From Lama glama (Eukaryota), in contig CM052816.1 of NCBI GenBank assembly GCA_028534125.1, positions 36,148,001 to 36,212,000 of the forward strand: 64,000 nt of DNA. The letters are read 5' to 3'. Of this stretch, positions 38,255 to 51,290 are shown piece by piece; position 1 is the first letter of the stretch; the number at the start of each line of letters is the position of its first letter. The translations under genes and the position numbers were made by a program. A model generated the notes under the pieces. That model ran no database searches and was not told the origin of the DNA. It saw nothing but the letters and a program-made list of their open reading frames with translations.

Positions 38255-39269
38255 TTCATGAAGATAAAAATGTGGATGACCTGAAGAGAATGAATTTGAG
38301 TTGTTTCAGTCATTATATTCTGATCTCTTTCCCAATAAAACTTTTGAATAAGTTTCACAAACCATATATATATATATTTTGTTTTCTGCTTTCTTCCTCT
38401 ATTATCTGGCAGAAGCCTCTCCCCGTCTTCCACTTAGCTGAGGTCCTTGGCCCCCTTCCAGTGCCCTTTGGGAGCTGCCTTTTCATTCCTGACCACTCTC
38501 TCCCTTGGCGATGCCTGAGCTTAGTACTGCACACTCAGGATAGCTCCTGTGACTCCCTTTCTTCCTCCTCTCCTCCTCTCCTTACTAAACAGTCTTGCCT
38601 AGTGTCACGTTCTTTCAGCACCTTGAGTCTTCCCAGGAAACATGTGATCTGGTCTGCCAAGTAAATATTGGGTCACTGCATAAATGACCATTGCTGAGTT
38701 AAGATGTAAGGTCTCATAAGCAACGTGTTTGTTTTAATAGAGTCAATCTTCAGGCATAACTTGGGCAGAAAAAATAAGGCAAGAAGGGGAAATTTCACAA
38801 TGGGGAGGGTGTGGGTAATAGGGAGGCCAGATATCTTGGGGCAAACACACCTGTCATATCCTTTGGGTTGTATCACATGGCCAACTGCCTACTGTTCCCC
38901 GTCTTTGAACTCTGCTGGTGGGCGTTCGAGTACTGTCCCAAGGGCAGGCTACAGGAAGAAGCGCCCAAGAGCCTAAATTGAGCACACTCAGATAATTGCC
39001 TCCTAAGTAGGAAAGGCTTAAAGTCTGTTCACAGTCCTTGGGCTGTTTTTATTTTACTTTCTCTGTAATTGGAGATTTTTTTAAAAAAACACAAAATTCC
39101 TCTTTCGTGAGGTGCCTCCCTCTACCACGAAATGATACAAATGAAAGCATGATATATGTAACAATGACATATGAAGTCTCCTGCTGCCGCTGCCACCGTT
39201 ATACTCCAGACCTCTTAATTCATCAAACACCCAAATAAAGCGTTACAAAGTCTTGTTAGTACTGTAGTG

Positions 39270-39342
39270 TATGTATATACCCCAAACATTTCGGGGTTCG
39301 TATGTATACACCTCAATAATTTTGGGGTGTCTATGTATACAC
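39270..39342. repeat. ~2.3 copies of a 31-bp palindromic tandem unit
   Basis: tatgtatataccccaaacatttcggggttcg / tatgtatacacctcaataattttggggtgtc / tatgtatacac. Confidence 0.8.
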
Positions 39343-39949
39343 ACATACACCCATACACAAATATATACATATATTATTATACTTAAGTGCTACTAAATAA
39401 TCATTTGTCTGCAATTTTATATTTTGATTCAAGTTTTGACTGACTTGAATGAGCAATTAAGATTTTTTTTCCGCCATTGTACAGTCACAGACCAATTCAA
39501 AGGCTAGATGCCCAAAGCTAATTGCATATCTATTGTGACTTAGTCTTACACAACTTTGCATTTTTCACTCTGTTTTCTGGGGTCCAGGTGATTGAATATC
39601 TGTCTTCTCTCATTGAGCACCCACTCAGGAAACAGCTCCATGAAGGTAGTGCCTCTGCAACAAGATTTAAATAATGACAACTCCTACTGATTTTCTGCCA
39701 CGGTAAATAGCTGTAAGTACTTTTTGAAATAATAATGCTGGACTAAGTGTTCATCCTCAGTTAATCAATGTGAAAACATCTTAGAACTTATTCAGGTCTA
39801 AAAATCCAGAAGGTATCAATCTTGAAAGTTTTTTTTTTTTCAGGTAAAATGCAAATTTCCTTCTATTTCTGTCATGGCCGACAGCATTCCTAAGGCTATT
39901 ACCAACAAGCCATTGTTTATTGACAGATAAAACCAGAGTCTTCGATAAG

Positions 39950-40185
39950 GGAATCTGGAGCCAGGAGGTTTGAGTTCAAATTCCAGCTCCTCTATTCCAA
40001 AGCAAGGTGCCCTTGGGCAAATTACTGAACTCCTTTTTCCTTGATGTCCTTATTCATAAAATGGAGATAATAATAGTACTTACCTCATGTGGTTGTTGTG
40101 ATGATTGAGTGAGTTCACACAGATGAAGCGCTTAGCATGGTCTGGCACTTAGGAAGCACTTAATAAGTGGTAGCTATTATTTTTA
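39950..40185 (+). mobile_element. MIR SINE
   Basis: gagttcaaattccagctc...ccttgggcaaattact...aaaatggagataataatagtacttacctca...gcttagca...aagtggtagctattatt. Confidence 0.88.
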
Positions 40186-41684
40186 TTAATAGTGTGAATT
40201 TTTCTTGATTTAAAAGGAAATAGCCCTTCAGATTCCTAGGTGAAGCTGGAACTTTGGTCAAGCGGATTTTTGCTGCTGAAAAGGAAGGCTCCTTCTTGCA
40301 AATGAGGGCTTATAGGAAGACATTTTTAGGGCATAGAAAAGTGTGGCAGAGACCAAAGTGGGCAAAAGCTGAGTGGCTGAGGACCATGCAGCTGCAGCAA
40401 AGAAGGGGTTTCTGTTCCATCAGTAATGGCCTGAACTGATCTCCGACTGCTCCTGAGTCCCTGGCTGCATCAGATGTGCATAGGGTACTATCAAGATCAA
40501 TGCTTTAGGCAAGCAACTGGCTGTAGGAAGCAACTGGATTAGAAAACATTTGGCAAAGTTCAGGTATTTGCTAATATATTGTCTTACAGAATGTCAAAAC
40601 CAGGCCAACAAACAAAAGGATTATCCAAAAAGTGACGTTTGTTACCAAGTTGGAGACGAGCCCAGGATCAGGAGAGAAGATGAGCCGGCCAGAGAGGAAA
40701 TCAGGTCAGAGTGCAGGGAGGCTGAGTCAGGAGACCAGTCCTGTGCAGAAATGAGATTACTGTGGAATTGTATCTCACCAGGCCATGAGATTCAAAAGGC
40801 CACATTTGTAAAAAATTACACAAAATTACCCTTAAAAATTCTTTTTATCCTTCATAAAGTATAGTATAGGTGGTTTGATGCATATAACCCTACATAGTAT
40901 ATGTAAAATATATAAAAAATTCAACAGTATCTGAAAATTAGTATAAATACAAAATATAATTTTATAGCCTTTTATAATATTTAAAACGGAATCCTGAGCA
41001 TGGATACTTGAATTCATGTAAGTTAGATGCACCTAACATTCTTAAAACTGTGGTCAGGCCCTGGGCTAATTTCTATTCTCTGGGCTCCAAGTTCTACCAT
41101 TTTTTCTTAACCTGCAAACTTCTTCATGCATATTGAGACCTAAAGACTAACGTTTTTGTTATTGTTTTTGTTTTTGCGGCCCCCTCCACCCCCAAGAAGA
41201 AAGGCAGTTGGTAAAAAGTGATATAACATGTGCGTACTTTGTTCTCCAAGGTTTTAAATATTCTAGGCAGTTGAATATCAGTTTTAACAAAGGTGCCTCT
41301 AGGAAAGTAAAAAACAGAAATTCTTGCATCCATGTCTATTTCTAAGAGGGATTGGCAGGGTTTCCACATTTTAGGAGATTAGCAGAAACAAAAAAAAATC
41401 ACGTGTGCCATCACCTTAATATAGGTCACCGAAATGACAGAGCATTTCTGCTCAAACCTTCTTGGATGCTTACTTCCTAGTGAGAATAGAGACTGTTTAT
41501 ACAGAAAAAGCCTTAAATATTGAATGAGAAACCAAATGACTGTGGTGTGATTGAAAGGATATCAGGGAATCCTTTGCCCCCATACCTGGTCTATAATAAA
41601 TATAGAATTTTATTGTGAGTGATTTTTTTGTTTCAAGACTAGCCCTGCTTTGGTGGGGTAACACATTACACTTAACAGTCACTA

Positions 41685-44125
41685 CGCTACAGACAAGCTA
41701 GACAAATCTCCATTTCTTCTTACTGGATGATGTAAACCTGAGTTTCCAACCTCCCTTGTAGTTAGGTTTGGACTAAAGGAATGTCAGTGAAGGGATGCCT
41801 ACCACTTCCAGGTCTGGACTTAAAATTCCCTGCCTGATCTTCCAATGTCTCATTCTGTCATTACAGAATGGAAGCAGCCTGAACCCTCATTTGGAGGGAA
41901 GCCTCCTAGGAGACCTTCCCCCTCACATCAGACTGTACACATGACAAATATACCTTTTCATTGTTAAGCCTTTGGGATTTTGAGGTTGTTTGCTATAGTA
42001 GCTAAGGTTATTTATTCAAATAGAGACATTTATATCAGAAGTAAAGTACTTTCATTAAAAATATATATATATGTATTAGTCAGCATTGAATTAACTGTTG
42101 AGAAGTAAGTAGTGGGAAAAATGACATTGGAGTCTGGGAAGAAGGCTGTCCCTGTGACACAGTGGCAAAATATTTAGTACAACTGTTACCTGCAATAAAT
42201 TGGAGGTTGGAACAAGTCCCTATTCAGCCTGCAGCTTTAAGGGTAATGGTTGAAATGAATCAGAGCATCAGTATGGGCCAGCTATTATAGGCTGTATTTT
42301 CCAAAGTATTACAAAAAGAGATGGGCTCAGGAAAGAACTGGCTGGTTTACAAACATAAATGAAAGGGAATAATGGAGTCCAGAACTGTTTGGTTGAAAAA
42401 GCTGTTTCTAAATCCTAAACAGGAGAAGTTAGGTTGAAAAAATTGTTAGTTGAATCAAGCAACTCAAGGCAAAAATCAGATTAAGGGAGTGTGCCTCCCT
42501 TAGCTGACCATCACCTAATTCCGGCTGGTGGTTTACTGATAAGGAAGATTACCTCATCCTCCAGGTTGCAGATAGCCTCGAGATAGCCATCATTAAATTG
42601 GAAGAGAGAGGCACTGAGACTGAGAAAGCAAAGTAGCAAAGCTCATTTAAGAACTGTACTTCAGAATGTTGGAAGTGTTTACCTGCTCATGGCAAATGTA
42701 TTGGAAGCCTATTAAGTTGTTGAGGGAATTGTATTGCCAAAGAAACAGTGAATCCAGACTGAAAAATTCCTTGCTGCTTGAATTTTAAGTAACTCTTGGG
42801 CCCTGTAGCAAATGCTATCACTGCACCATCCTTATTTACCCAGCCTACCCCAGCAAACAGCTGACACATCCCAGGCCTTTATCTCTCTGCTCTGGGGGAC
42901 TTTGCCTCCAGGCTGCTTGGAATTAGTGCCCCAGGAGTGAGCTTAAATCAAAGAGAGGCAGGAGTTTCTGTACCTCTCATGGAAATTGTGTTCCACATAG
43001 TTTCTTAGAGGGTCCTCAGAGGTTTTGAGCTCCAGTTTCTCTACTAAAATCTCCCTTGTGGTAACCTACTCATGAATGCTCCCTTTACTGACTTTCCTTC
43101 CTTCTATGTCTTACTTCTCCACAACTCACAGTGCTTTTCCAGATCATCTCTCAGTTAAAGTGCCTGCACCTAAATCCTTGTTCAAGGATCTTATTTTTAG
43201 AGAATGCATATTAAGACAAGTCTCAACCTTCCATGAACAGCAGGCAGGGCTTTAAATGCTCTACAGTCTCTAAAGAGGTCATCCTCTGAAACATCTCCAT
43301 CAGATATCACCAAGGAGGACAATAAGCAAAAACAGGCTGCCCAGAAGATGGACTCAGGGGCCATGGAGAACAACTGACAAAGGAATTTCTCCCAGTGAAT
43401 CAAAGCCAAATTAAGGAACTGTCCCATCTGTCTAGCAGAACTTTGGAACTGGGAAGGACCATCAACTACTATTTGATTTGTATTCTTCCTCTTTCTAATG
43501 GGAGTGTTGATTGCAGTTTTCCTGTCCCTGTTACACCACTGTTCAAGGAATATGCAAATGAGGAACAGATAACTTATCTTTTAGGTTCATTTGTGGCAGC
43601 AACTAGATTACTTACATCCAGTCTGGGTGAGAAGACTATGCTTTGCCCAGAGAAATAGGATTTTGCTAGATGTAGTAATCAGAAGACAGTGTGGGAGAAA
43701 TACTGAAATAGAGATTTGATGAACAGAAGGGATATTTGTGTAACAGACTGATTAGATGTCCATCAATCCTGTTTCATTCTCCTGAGCACAAAAGAAAAAT
43801 ACATTTTTAACTTCCACTGAAGTGATTTAGGGGTCATGGACTATGGGCAAATGTGCTGTCTGCAACTTCCAGCCCTGGTCATAATGTTTCCTATATCATT
43901 GTCCATGCTCTCTCTTCCCTTTCCTTGATGAGAATGTAGGCCATCTGTGGAAGATGGTGGCATAACAAAGGTAGAAGAAACTTTTATCCTGGAGCCACTA
44001 CTTGGAGATCTGCCCAAGGAAGTTTCCCAAGCTTTCTGGACTGAGATGTAAGCAACAAGTAAACTTTTATTTTGTTAAGCCACTGAAATTTTGGGATTGT
44101 CTGTTATAGCAGCTAATATAACTCA
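41685..44125 (+). mobile_element. MaLR (MLT1H/I-like) LTR-internal-LTR provirus
   Basis: Two similar LTRs (~41685-42020 and ~43737-44125) both end in tgttaagcc...tt...gttgt..g.tatag.agcta. MLT-int-like sequence lies between them, with a purine tract before the second LTR. Confidence 0.75.
42804..43218 (+). mobile_element. LTR16-like ERVL solo LTR nested in MaLR internal region
   Basis: tgtagcaaatgct start; gagctccagtt...gtggtaacctactcat...tgcacctaaatccttg...taagaca end. Confidence 0.75.
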
Positions 44126-47100
44126 TGAGGACTCATAGAGACACACATATCAGTGTATTTATTCTCTTGTTCTAAGATATGCTTAGAACTTGCTTTGATG
44201 GTAGAGAGGGCAGCTAGATCATGATGAGATCAGTGAACATTTAGCAAGGGAGCAATTGCTTCTGAAAGAAATCACTTGATTTCCATACCATCAGATGAAA
44301 ATCACTTAATTTAAGCTCTTTGTTGCTGAGATAAATATCCAAACATTAATTCATAGCAAATTTTAATTCTGAGCAATTTTAATCTTTGTAACAAAGGTTT
44401 ACCTATTTCTCTTATCCCTTTTCCTCAGACATATTTCCTATCCTTCTGCTGTACCCAAGAACAGACATGCTATAGCGATTATATAGGTAATAATATCACA
44501 GCCCTGCTGTGTTTCCCCAGCGCGAATGCAATCAGCTACACCAGACTTCCTAAATTTCTTTCCTATAGATTTTTCCTATTACTTTTCTCTATGGCAACAG
44601 CCCTAGAAATCTAACCCCCCTTTTATTTAGAAAAACCAATTTGATTAGAATATAAAACCCTGAATAAATTTGGTCTTAAAGACATATTTGATATTATCTT
44701 TTCTTTGAATTTCATTTCTAATGACAGTTTCACTCTAAACTCTATAAAACATGGAAATGAAGTTCTAAGTGTTAAATACTAACCATGTGTTTGAGATAGT
44801 TGGAGGGGAGGTAGGGATCTCAGGGCGTTTGGATCTATACAGCAACAGATGTAAAGATCAAAAAGGGAAAATCAGGAGTACGAATGTAGGGAAAATACTT
44901 TGAAGTGTAAGTGTCTTTTACCAGAGGAAACCAATTTTCTCAATTTACTCACATAACACTGGAATGAACAAACCCTCAGCATGCTTGAGCTGATGCTGAA
45001 AGGTTGGTAAACACGCTTACTGACGGAAGAGTGTGCTGTTAGTTTTCTCCCTTCTCAGTCTCTTTCACTACATGAGGAGAATACAAAAAACCAAACAAAA
45101 CAACAAATAAACAAAAACAGAACACATGGTTTGGGAAGATGGCTTCGGACTACTTAGAATTCTGAGTAAAAGGACAAATGGGACATTTTAAATAACTGCA
45201 TATGTCTCTGTAAGCAATGATCAGTCAGCAACTCTAAATCTTTATACATCTTTATGTCATAAGTACTATTATGGAAGTAGATTTGTAAGACACCATCCTC
45301 TTGCTTTGAATAAAAAATTTTAAATTTTTTGTGGTTTAGCATTTATAACTATTGTCCAAAATTTTAGTAATTTTTTATTGCCCTTATTTAATGAGTAATA
45401 ATTACTATTTGGAGATCTTCAAAGGTTGCATGATTAAGAAACCCTAGGGAGTCTTAGGGCAAGAGTAGCATGTGGTTTTAGAGCCTTTTTTTTAAAAGAG
45501 GCTTCAGGATCATCTGTTTCCTTTGGCTTCTCTGGAACGACCGTGGATCACTTTGCCTCTTCCTTTGGTGTGTGTGCTCTGGTGATCTCAGTGAACAACA
45601 TGTTGGACTCTGTGAATTTGCTTCCATATGGAACAAGTTAGCAGCTATTTAATTTCTAAAAATGTTTATGAAGTCCACAGCCCATTGTTATTTTTAGAGA
45701 CGCTCGTTCAGATCTTTGCCAGACGGTTATTTCAGGACTCCAGAGATTCTTCATGAAACGCCTCCAGAAAACACACCACCTCAAAACTATATTGAGTTAT
45801 TGTAAAGATTAAAATTAAAGTATTGATTCTTTGTCTTGTTTACATTAACTCTCTTCTAATAGAATTTGTTTGTAGTTAGCCACATGACAAACAGATATTC
45901 TTAAATGTAAAGATTTGCCTATAAGCTTATTTTGTTTTATAATCAATGAGTGAATTATATTCACAATTGACTAAAAAGTGTATATGATAGTTTTAGGAAT
46001 CATGTAAATCATTAGATAAACTTACCCCAAAAAAGCTGATTTAAATTCTTCTGTTTTTAGCATGTAAAGTGAGCCTTAGAGACAAAATTTCACTTATGCT
46101 TGTGTCAGGTTTCTGGTATCATGGTCCTTAGGTGATTTAATTTTTCTTCTTCGCTGATTAGCTCAGAGTTACCCATTTGTTGAAGGAATTGGCACTAGTT
46201 AGTATTCAGCCTTCATTACTCCTTCTGAAAGCTCCTTGTGGTTAAATGTTGAACACTCACAAAGGCTGATAGGTATTTAAACGTGAAAATGAATCCTTAT
46301 AATTAGATTTACTCTTTTTAATCAAGGATGCAAAATACTGTTTCTTGTTCTCAAAGAAATTTAGAGGATGAAGTTGAGAAAATGTAAAAGTAAATGCATC
46401 TGGTTTCTGCCTATTTGAAAATCTGAATTTCTCTTGAATTGTTCTTATCTGATAATGTTCTTCTCATTACATGATTACTTAGTTGTAGCTGGAAGGGAAT
46501 ATGTGAATTATAAAAATGCTAATCTGGTGGCATGAGAGAAACATTGTGGTGACATTTATCTCTGGGTGGCAACTTAGGGTAAAACAATCGTGGAAAATGG
46601 AAATGCCATGAGAAAGGAAGTGGGAAAGGAAAATGACTCATATAAGGAAGTGTAATTTGGCTTCTCATTAAGTTTGGAGTTCCAGGGACCTTAGTCATTT
46701 TTTACACATACTACCTGTTGTGGAAGACATCATAGGCAAAATAGTAAAATGAAAGCTCTTTTTATTTCTTTTTAAAGTTGGTAGAGATTCAATGGAGATT
46801 TTTTTCTTATATCATTAATTTTAAAATAAAATGAATTTGTCAGTCTCAGGAACCTCAATCTACGATGAAAAATAATTTTGTTTTGATTTATGCATTTAAT
46901 ATTTCACACTGGAAATGTAAAACTACAGCAGTTATTTTATAGTGACTGAGATCAGGAAATATGGAGGTAATTCATTATATTTATTATTTTTCTTTATAAA
47001 ACTATAAATCAATGTTATTGAAAATTAAATGTATGGTCTACTGTAGGGGCACTTCTGAGATATAACAGTACTTTCCAAAAGGCTTTCTAGGATATGACAG

Positions 47101-49344
47101 AAACTTGAATTATTCATAAAAGTCTTGGATTTTCCTTCAACCGAATCAAATTAATAAAACAATTTCAATCCCAAAAGCTACGAATGCTCTGTGAACAAAA
47201 AAAGAGAACAAAAATCATGAATTTATCTTCCATTTCTTTTTGAATTTTGTATACTGGGAATCACCAAGACCAGAAGAGTAGATCTAAAAAAGAAGTCAGA
47301 GGACTGAGTGCTCTATCATTGTTACTTTGCTAGTTTAACACACTAGCATGATAATGTTTGTTCTTCCATTGTCATTGTACTTCCAAGAAAGACTGTTCTT
47401 GTCATAAAATTATATAGATGCATTCTAGTTTTCAGGATTAATTATCATCCTGCATCCAAAATGTTTTGAAGTCTTTTGTGAAGTGGAATCATAACATGTG
47501 ATAAGATAAATATAATCAGCTATATAAAATAAATGCAGAAAGGAACAGGGGTACTATGTCACTGGGTATACTAGATAAACAAACTATTTAGTTGGCCACT
47601 GAACTGAACTGATTTGAAATTTCTGGCATCCACAGCAAGAGGAAAATAAGTTGATTATATAACCTTTCTTGTTTAATCTCAAAGCAAGCATTTTTATTAG
47701 TCTGTGGAGAAAAAATTATTTCACGATGTAAACTCAAAGAGAATTTTTTATATCTTTGTACAAGGGACTTTTAATAATAAAGTAAACAATGTCTTTAAGT
47801 CCAGCTTCATCTTATAGAAGCATTATTCAAATTGATCATTCTTGAATCTGTCCTCTTTGAAGGCTGAGGATGTAATATTAAACCATAACTCAGTGAAGGC
47901 ATTCCTATGGGGGCTCTGATAAAGTATAAGTATTTCACTTGTTGAAGATCTGGCTTAATACAGGGATACAGCTGGGAGAATCCAGAAGGGGGAAGTGCTT
48001 TCAAATCTCCTTCGGTCTCTCTCAAATTCAGATGCTTTAAGCAGGCCTCTAGTAAGTGCTGGATCACAGTTAATTTCAGGATACAGTTCTCAACCAGAAA
48101 CCCACAGATAGGAGTGAGGTACAGTTATGCTATTACAAAACCCAACTTGCATTCTCACCTGCTCAGAAAGCACAGCAACTCCGATGCTTGGAGACTATGC
48201 CAGTGTTTTCTAAATCTTCCTATTTGCCTAGCTGTTGTAAGCACAGGGCATGATGGATTCAAATCAGCCAGAAAAATGTTTATCGTACCTGTGGAAAGTC
48301 CAATTTCTAAGCAGAACTATATTTTGATATCCCTGCCAGGAAGAGAAACCTGCAAGATACATACAACATACCTAAATCTGTGGAATGGTATTATTTGCAA
48401 ACGTCTTTTTAAATGTTAGAGGATGCCTACCAGATGTTACCAATTTTGATGGACATGAGACCAAGTGACCCCTTTTGATTTTTACAAATTGATGAGTCCA
48501 ATGCTTAAGGTCTTTGTTTTATTGTCAGAGAAAATTCAACTCTTTGGCCACCGTAAAGAAGGATGTTTGGCACCTTGTTTGCTGTAGTTCATTCATTGAA
48601 TGGCTCTATCATATCGTGTATTTGAAAAGATAAAAGCAGTGAGGCTGAGTGCAGCACTCTTAGAGACCACTTTAAAATTAGACAAGTGGTCACCATGATG
48701 CCCATGTCTACTCATACACTCATGGTCTAATGGTCATATCAAGTTTGGGCTGTTTGTCCCACAGACTGAAGACCGGCAAGATAAGAGGGGGTGAGGTCAA
48801 GGTATTGGAAGTTGAATAATGGTGCTGGAAAGCAGTTTGTGGCTTAGAGTTTAAAAAGCATGCCCAACGGATCAAGCAGTTGAAATAAAGAACACAGAAA
48901 GTATCCATTTGTAAAAAGCTGGCTCTTCTGAAGGACTCTGATTTCTAATTTTATCAAGATAAGAACGTGGTAAGTAGAGATTAGAAATAGTCTGGGGAAC
49001 AAGAGTGGAGTCTCTTAAAATCACTAAAGTGATTTATCTAGTACTTTGTCTGTCTTGGGTATCATTATTGTCTTCCATCAACTGTATAAAATGTGGAGAC
49101 AGTCAGGTGAATTTAAGTGGAGATTTATGCTTCTATTAATTCTTCCTCAAAAGTCAAAGTATAAATAACCATTTATCCAAATCTTCATTGTTTTCTCTAT
49201 GCCTGAATTTGAAGCTTCTCACTGAAATCTTACATGTTTTATAAAATGTATCACATGTTTTTAGCATATATATAAAACATCTTCTATATTTATTATATAT
49301 ATTTACATATGCTGACAAATTTTTGAATATGGAAGTAAGAGCAA

Positions 49345-49768
49345 TGCGTTAGTTTCCTAGGGCTGCCATAACAAATTTCCACAAGTGGGTGTCTTTAAAC
49401 AATAGAAACTTATTCTTTCCACAGTTTTGAAGGCTACAGTCTGCAATCAAGGTGTTGCCAGGATCATGTTCTCTACAAAGTCTCTTTTTGCCTCTTCTAG
49501 TTTTTCGGAGCCACAGATGTTTCTTGACTTGTGGAAGCACAACTTCAACCTCTGCCTTGGTCTTCACATGGTCATCTTCTTTCACTGTGTCTCTCCTTCT
49601 CTTTTTATAAGGACACCGGTTATATTAGATTAAGGGCCTACTCTATTCCAGTACAACCTCCTCTTAACTGAATTAATTACATCTGCATCCAGATGAGGTA
49701 ACATTCTGAAGTAATGTCAGTTAGAACTTCCACAGATCTTGTGGGAGGACATAATTCAACCCAAAACT
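49345..49768 (-). mobile_element. MaLR LTR (MLT1B/C-like)
   Basis: ttagtttcctagggctgccataacaaat...ttataaggacacc...ggacataattcaaccca. Confidence 0.88.
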
Positions 49769-50519
49769 AGGGAATATTTTGGGTTTTTTTTTTTTTGGTG
49801 GGGAGGGGAAAAGTGTCATTCTTTATAGAATCAAGAATATGTAAGGCCATACCTTTGTTTTCCCTGATAGAAAACAGCCAACACAGGGTTTACTTCTCAA
49901 TTACCTGTGATTTGAAAAGGAAAGGTAGAGATTAGTGGACGAATTGGTGAGATATACCTTCTACCTTGACTTCTTCATTTTGCTGTAAACTCATATTCTC
50001 ACCCATCCAATTGTGGAGTCAGAATCAGGAATAATGATATTGAAAATCAAAGTACATTTAAGGAAGAAGGAAATAATTTCAGCAGAGCTAGGGTATCAAT
50101 TTGAAGAGTGAAAATAAAATAAACCTATAATATTAATTGATCATTAGTGATGATATCTCTTAGATAGCCCAGAGGGTGCCATTTATACTATAAAGATACA
50201 GAGAATGATTTTGACCAGCTATTTTCATCGAAGTTTCAAACATTTATCTCTATAGGAAGAGCCCATGGGAAAACAATTTTCTGATCTAAATCTCCTTTGT
50301 ATGGAAGGAGATGTGGTTCACCATTCATTAGTTTAATGACCTTGGGTAAATAAGCCCATTAATCTTTGAATTTTTCCTGCTTTTGTAAAAGGGGAATAAT
50401 AGTAACTTAGTCATTAATTTAATAGGCACTTTACTATAAAAGCTGTTTATATACTATATTGTAATATACACAAATGTTAGAATTTATTTCTGGACAGTGT
50501 CTTCATGGAGCCTTCAATA

Positions 50520-50765
50520 GGCAGTAAAGCATAGCACTTGTGAGCACAGGTACTGAGTAAGACTGATTTGGATAGAATCTCAGCTCCACCATCTACCAAG
50601 GTGTGATCTTAATCTCTCTGTGTCTCTGTTTATTATCTGTAAAATGAGGATAGCAGTATTTACTTCCTGAGTTGTTAAGAGGACTATGCATGTTAATAAA
50701 TGGGAAGCAACTAGAATGGTACCTGGTACACAGCAAACACTCAATAAATGCAAACTGAGGATGAT
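50520..50765 (+). mobile_element. MIR SINE
   Basis: gaatctcagctccacc...tctgtaaaatgaggatagcagta...cctggtacacagcaaacactcaataaatg. Confidence 0.8.
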
Positions 50766-50849
50766 TAACATCAACTCTGGCATTCAGGTCTCCCCAGTGA
50801 GTGCTTAGAACATACATTTTTTAGAAGACAACAAAATAGGTTCCAAAAA

Positions 50850-51290
50850 CACAGGATGTTAATAAACTCAACTGAAACCAGCCTTAGCAAAGGGAAATGG
50901 CCAAATTTAGTGCTGCCCAAATAATGTCAATGGTTTCTCTCCACCGGCTAACTTTGCCTCTTCTGCTGCCTCCTTTCACATGTCTGGCAGCAGCCAAAGA
51001 GCTGCACTGCACTGATTTCAGAGTATTCATCATTTTAAAATAAACCCTATAGAAAATGAGTGAGCTCTACCATGAAGCTTCCACAACAAGTCTAAATTTC
51101 ACTGATGTAGCAGTTTTGGTCACATCCCATTCTTGAGCCAATCCCCATGGGCAAGGATGGATGATGTGCTGACTGCCCTGGAGTGGTTCAGAGATTGAGA
51201 TAGAAGGAAGGGGTGGAAGCTGAAATGAAATTTAGGGCTGTTGAAGAAGGGAGGCTGGATGTTAGCGAAGCAAGTGCCAACTACCCGTTG
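50850..51290 (-). mobile_element. Old MaLR LTR (MLT1K/L-like)
   Basis: ggtcacatcccattcttgagccaatccccatgggcaagg...tgctgactg; highly decayed. Confidence 0.45.

Noticed and set aside
38613..38630. TTCAGCACC half-site of REST/RE1
   Set aside because: The right half GGACAG is absent.
39270..39342. CRISPR-like palindromic repeats
   Set aside because: Units are contiguous without spacers, no cas genes are present and the context is mammalian.
44130..49340. Long AT-rich unique stretch with short ORFs
   Set aside because: No supportable exon, RNA gene or repeat structure visible; conservation cannot be judged without alignments.
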